Source: a virus (taxonomy: Duplodnaviria > Heunggongvirae > Uroviricota > Caudoviricetes). From it: a stretch of 60,235 nucleotides of DNA. The DNA is taken from positions 1 to 60,235 of the IMG/VR virus record IMGVR_UViG_3300045007_000064, one strand, 5' to 3'. The position numbers and the translations under genes were made by a program. A model generated the notes under the pieces. It did not search any database. It had not been told where the DNA came from and was given only the letters and a program-made list of their open reading frames with translations. Positions 59,307 through 60,235 of the stretch are shown here, in pieces. Numbering within the stretch: position 1 is the stretch's first letter; each line of letters begins with the position of its first letter.

Positions 59307-60233
59307 TCAACCCTTGAGGGCAGCATTCTTGAGGTTGATGTAGTCCACGATAGCCGCAGGTTCGGCGCGCGAACCATCGATGCCGTTGAGTAGGGGGTAG
59401 CGGGTGAACAGGCTCTCACCGATCTTGTTCTTGTTGGGGTCCTTGATCTTGTCGAACGCCTCCTTGACCTCGGGGAGGTACGGGATCAGCCACTCCAGAC
59501 GGTCACGAGTGCTCTGTCCCGTGTCGCGATAGTCCCGGAGCGCCTTCAGCCACTTCTGGGTCGGCTTGTGCTTGATCTTGCTGATATCCGAGTCCATGAG
59601 GGAACGGATGCCGTACGTGGAGTAGAGATTCCGGTCCCGGAGAGCCATAAGCTCCCACTTCGTCGGCGTCTTGATCGTGTCCAGGACGGCCTTCGCCGCG
59701 ACCTTACCGATGGTGGTCTCGGGCGGGAGCAGAGGAAGAACGTCGGTGAGGTCTGTATTCTTGTTGACAAGAATCAGAGCTGCCTTCGCCTCCGTCGCCA
59801 CAAAGGTACCGATTCCGCTGTACTTCGAGGAGTAGTTCGTCTTCGTCGTCATGGACTCACGAACCCACTGCTCCATGCCCCCGGCCTGGTTGCGGAGAAT
59901 GATCACCGCGTCATACTCCTTCTTGATTTCCTCGGGAGTCATGCGAGAGATATCCGCCACGCCGTGGTACGAACTGCGGATAACCTGGAGACGGGTGTCT
60001 CGGGCCTTGTTCGAGTTCTCCTGAGCAATCCGAGCAGCGCGCTGGACGCTCGCTGCGGCCATGAAATCCTCGGCGCTGATGACCACATCAGCGATGTCAC
60101 GGTAGATGCGGTTCAGCCGGTTCAGCGGCTCATTCGTGATGAAGATTTCGTAGCGGTGCTCGCGGGGGTCCGAGAGGCTGTTCAGCCAGTCCCCGACGTA
60201 GGCGTACTCGCTGTGTGCGATCCTCGACCCCGC
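59307..60233 (-). CDS. rIIA: rIIA-like protein, C-terminal part (runs off the window)
   Basis: frame open to the window edge; directly upstream of rIIB. Confidence 0.6.
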   Translation of the reverse strand, partial: AGSRIAHSEYAYVGDWLNSLSDPREHRYEIFITNEPLNRLNRIYRDIADVVISAEDFMAAASVQRAARIAQENSNKARDTRLQVIRSSYHGVADISRMTPEEIKKEYDAVIILRNQAGGMEQWVRESMTTKTNYSSKYSGIGTFVATEAKAALILVNKNTDLTDVLPLLPPETTIGKVAAKAVLDTIKTPTKWELMALRDRNLYSTYGIRSLMDSDISKIKHKPTQKWLKALRDYRDTGQSTRDRLEWLIPYLPEVKEAFDKIKDPNKNKIGESLFTRYPLLNGIDGSRAEPAAIVDYINLKNAALKG

Positions 60234-60235
60234 TT

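Noticed and set aside
1-60235. tRNA genes (expected given the CCA enzyme)
   Set aside because: No T-loop GGTTCRA plus acceptor-stem cloverleaf was seen by eye; tRNAscan-SE or ARAGORN would be needed to confirm absence.

Overview
A 60-kb segment of a large, GC-rich, apparently lytic phage of an actinobacterial host. The host is inferred from Lsr2-like proteins, an LAxTG sortase signal and pervasive leaderless SigA-type promoters. Nine rightward small ORFs (1-3190) converge on a non-coding tract with long C-runs (3190-3850); almost everything else is transcribed leftward. The 3.9-18.2 kb region is an array of small, self-contained expression cassettes (promoter, AG-rich RBS, short ORF, GCCCCG hairpin terminator). 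It is punctuated by 11 copies of a 24-bp motif and by several protein-free transcription units, and hairpin loops here are complementary to the cassette RBS motifs. The 18-60 kb region holds mostly leaderless genes: a CHAP protein lacking its catalytic Cys, a terminase-small-subunit-like gene inside a strand-polarised ACGGTT cluster, a vWA/metallopeptidase, six tandem paralogous membrane proteins, Orn-like and DnaQ-like exonucleases, a 798-aa sortase-anchored surface protein, a CCA-type nucleotidyltransferase next to a RelA/SpoT-type hydrolase, NAD salvage genes (PnuC, NadR-like, Prs-like, NAMPT-like), PcfJ-like, SLOG, Stealth-like, rIIB and partial rIIA. No tRNA, rRNA, CRISPR array, integrase or structural genes were recognised. 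Annotations come from motif recognition by eye, and coordinates and counts are manual.
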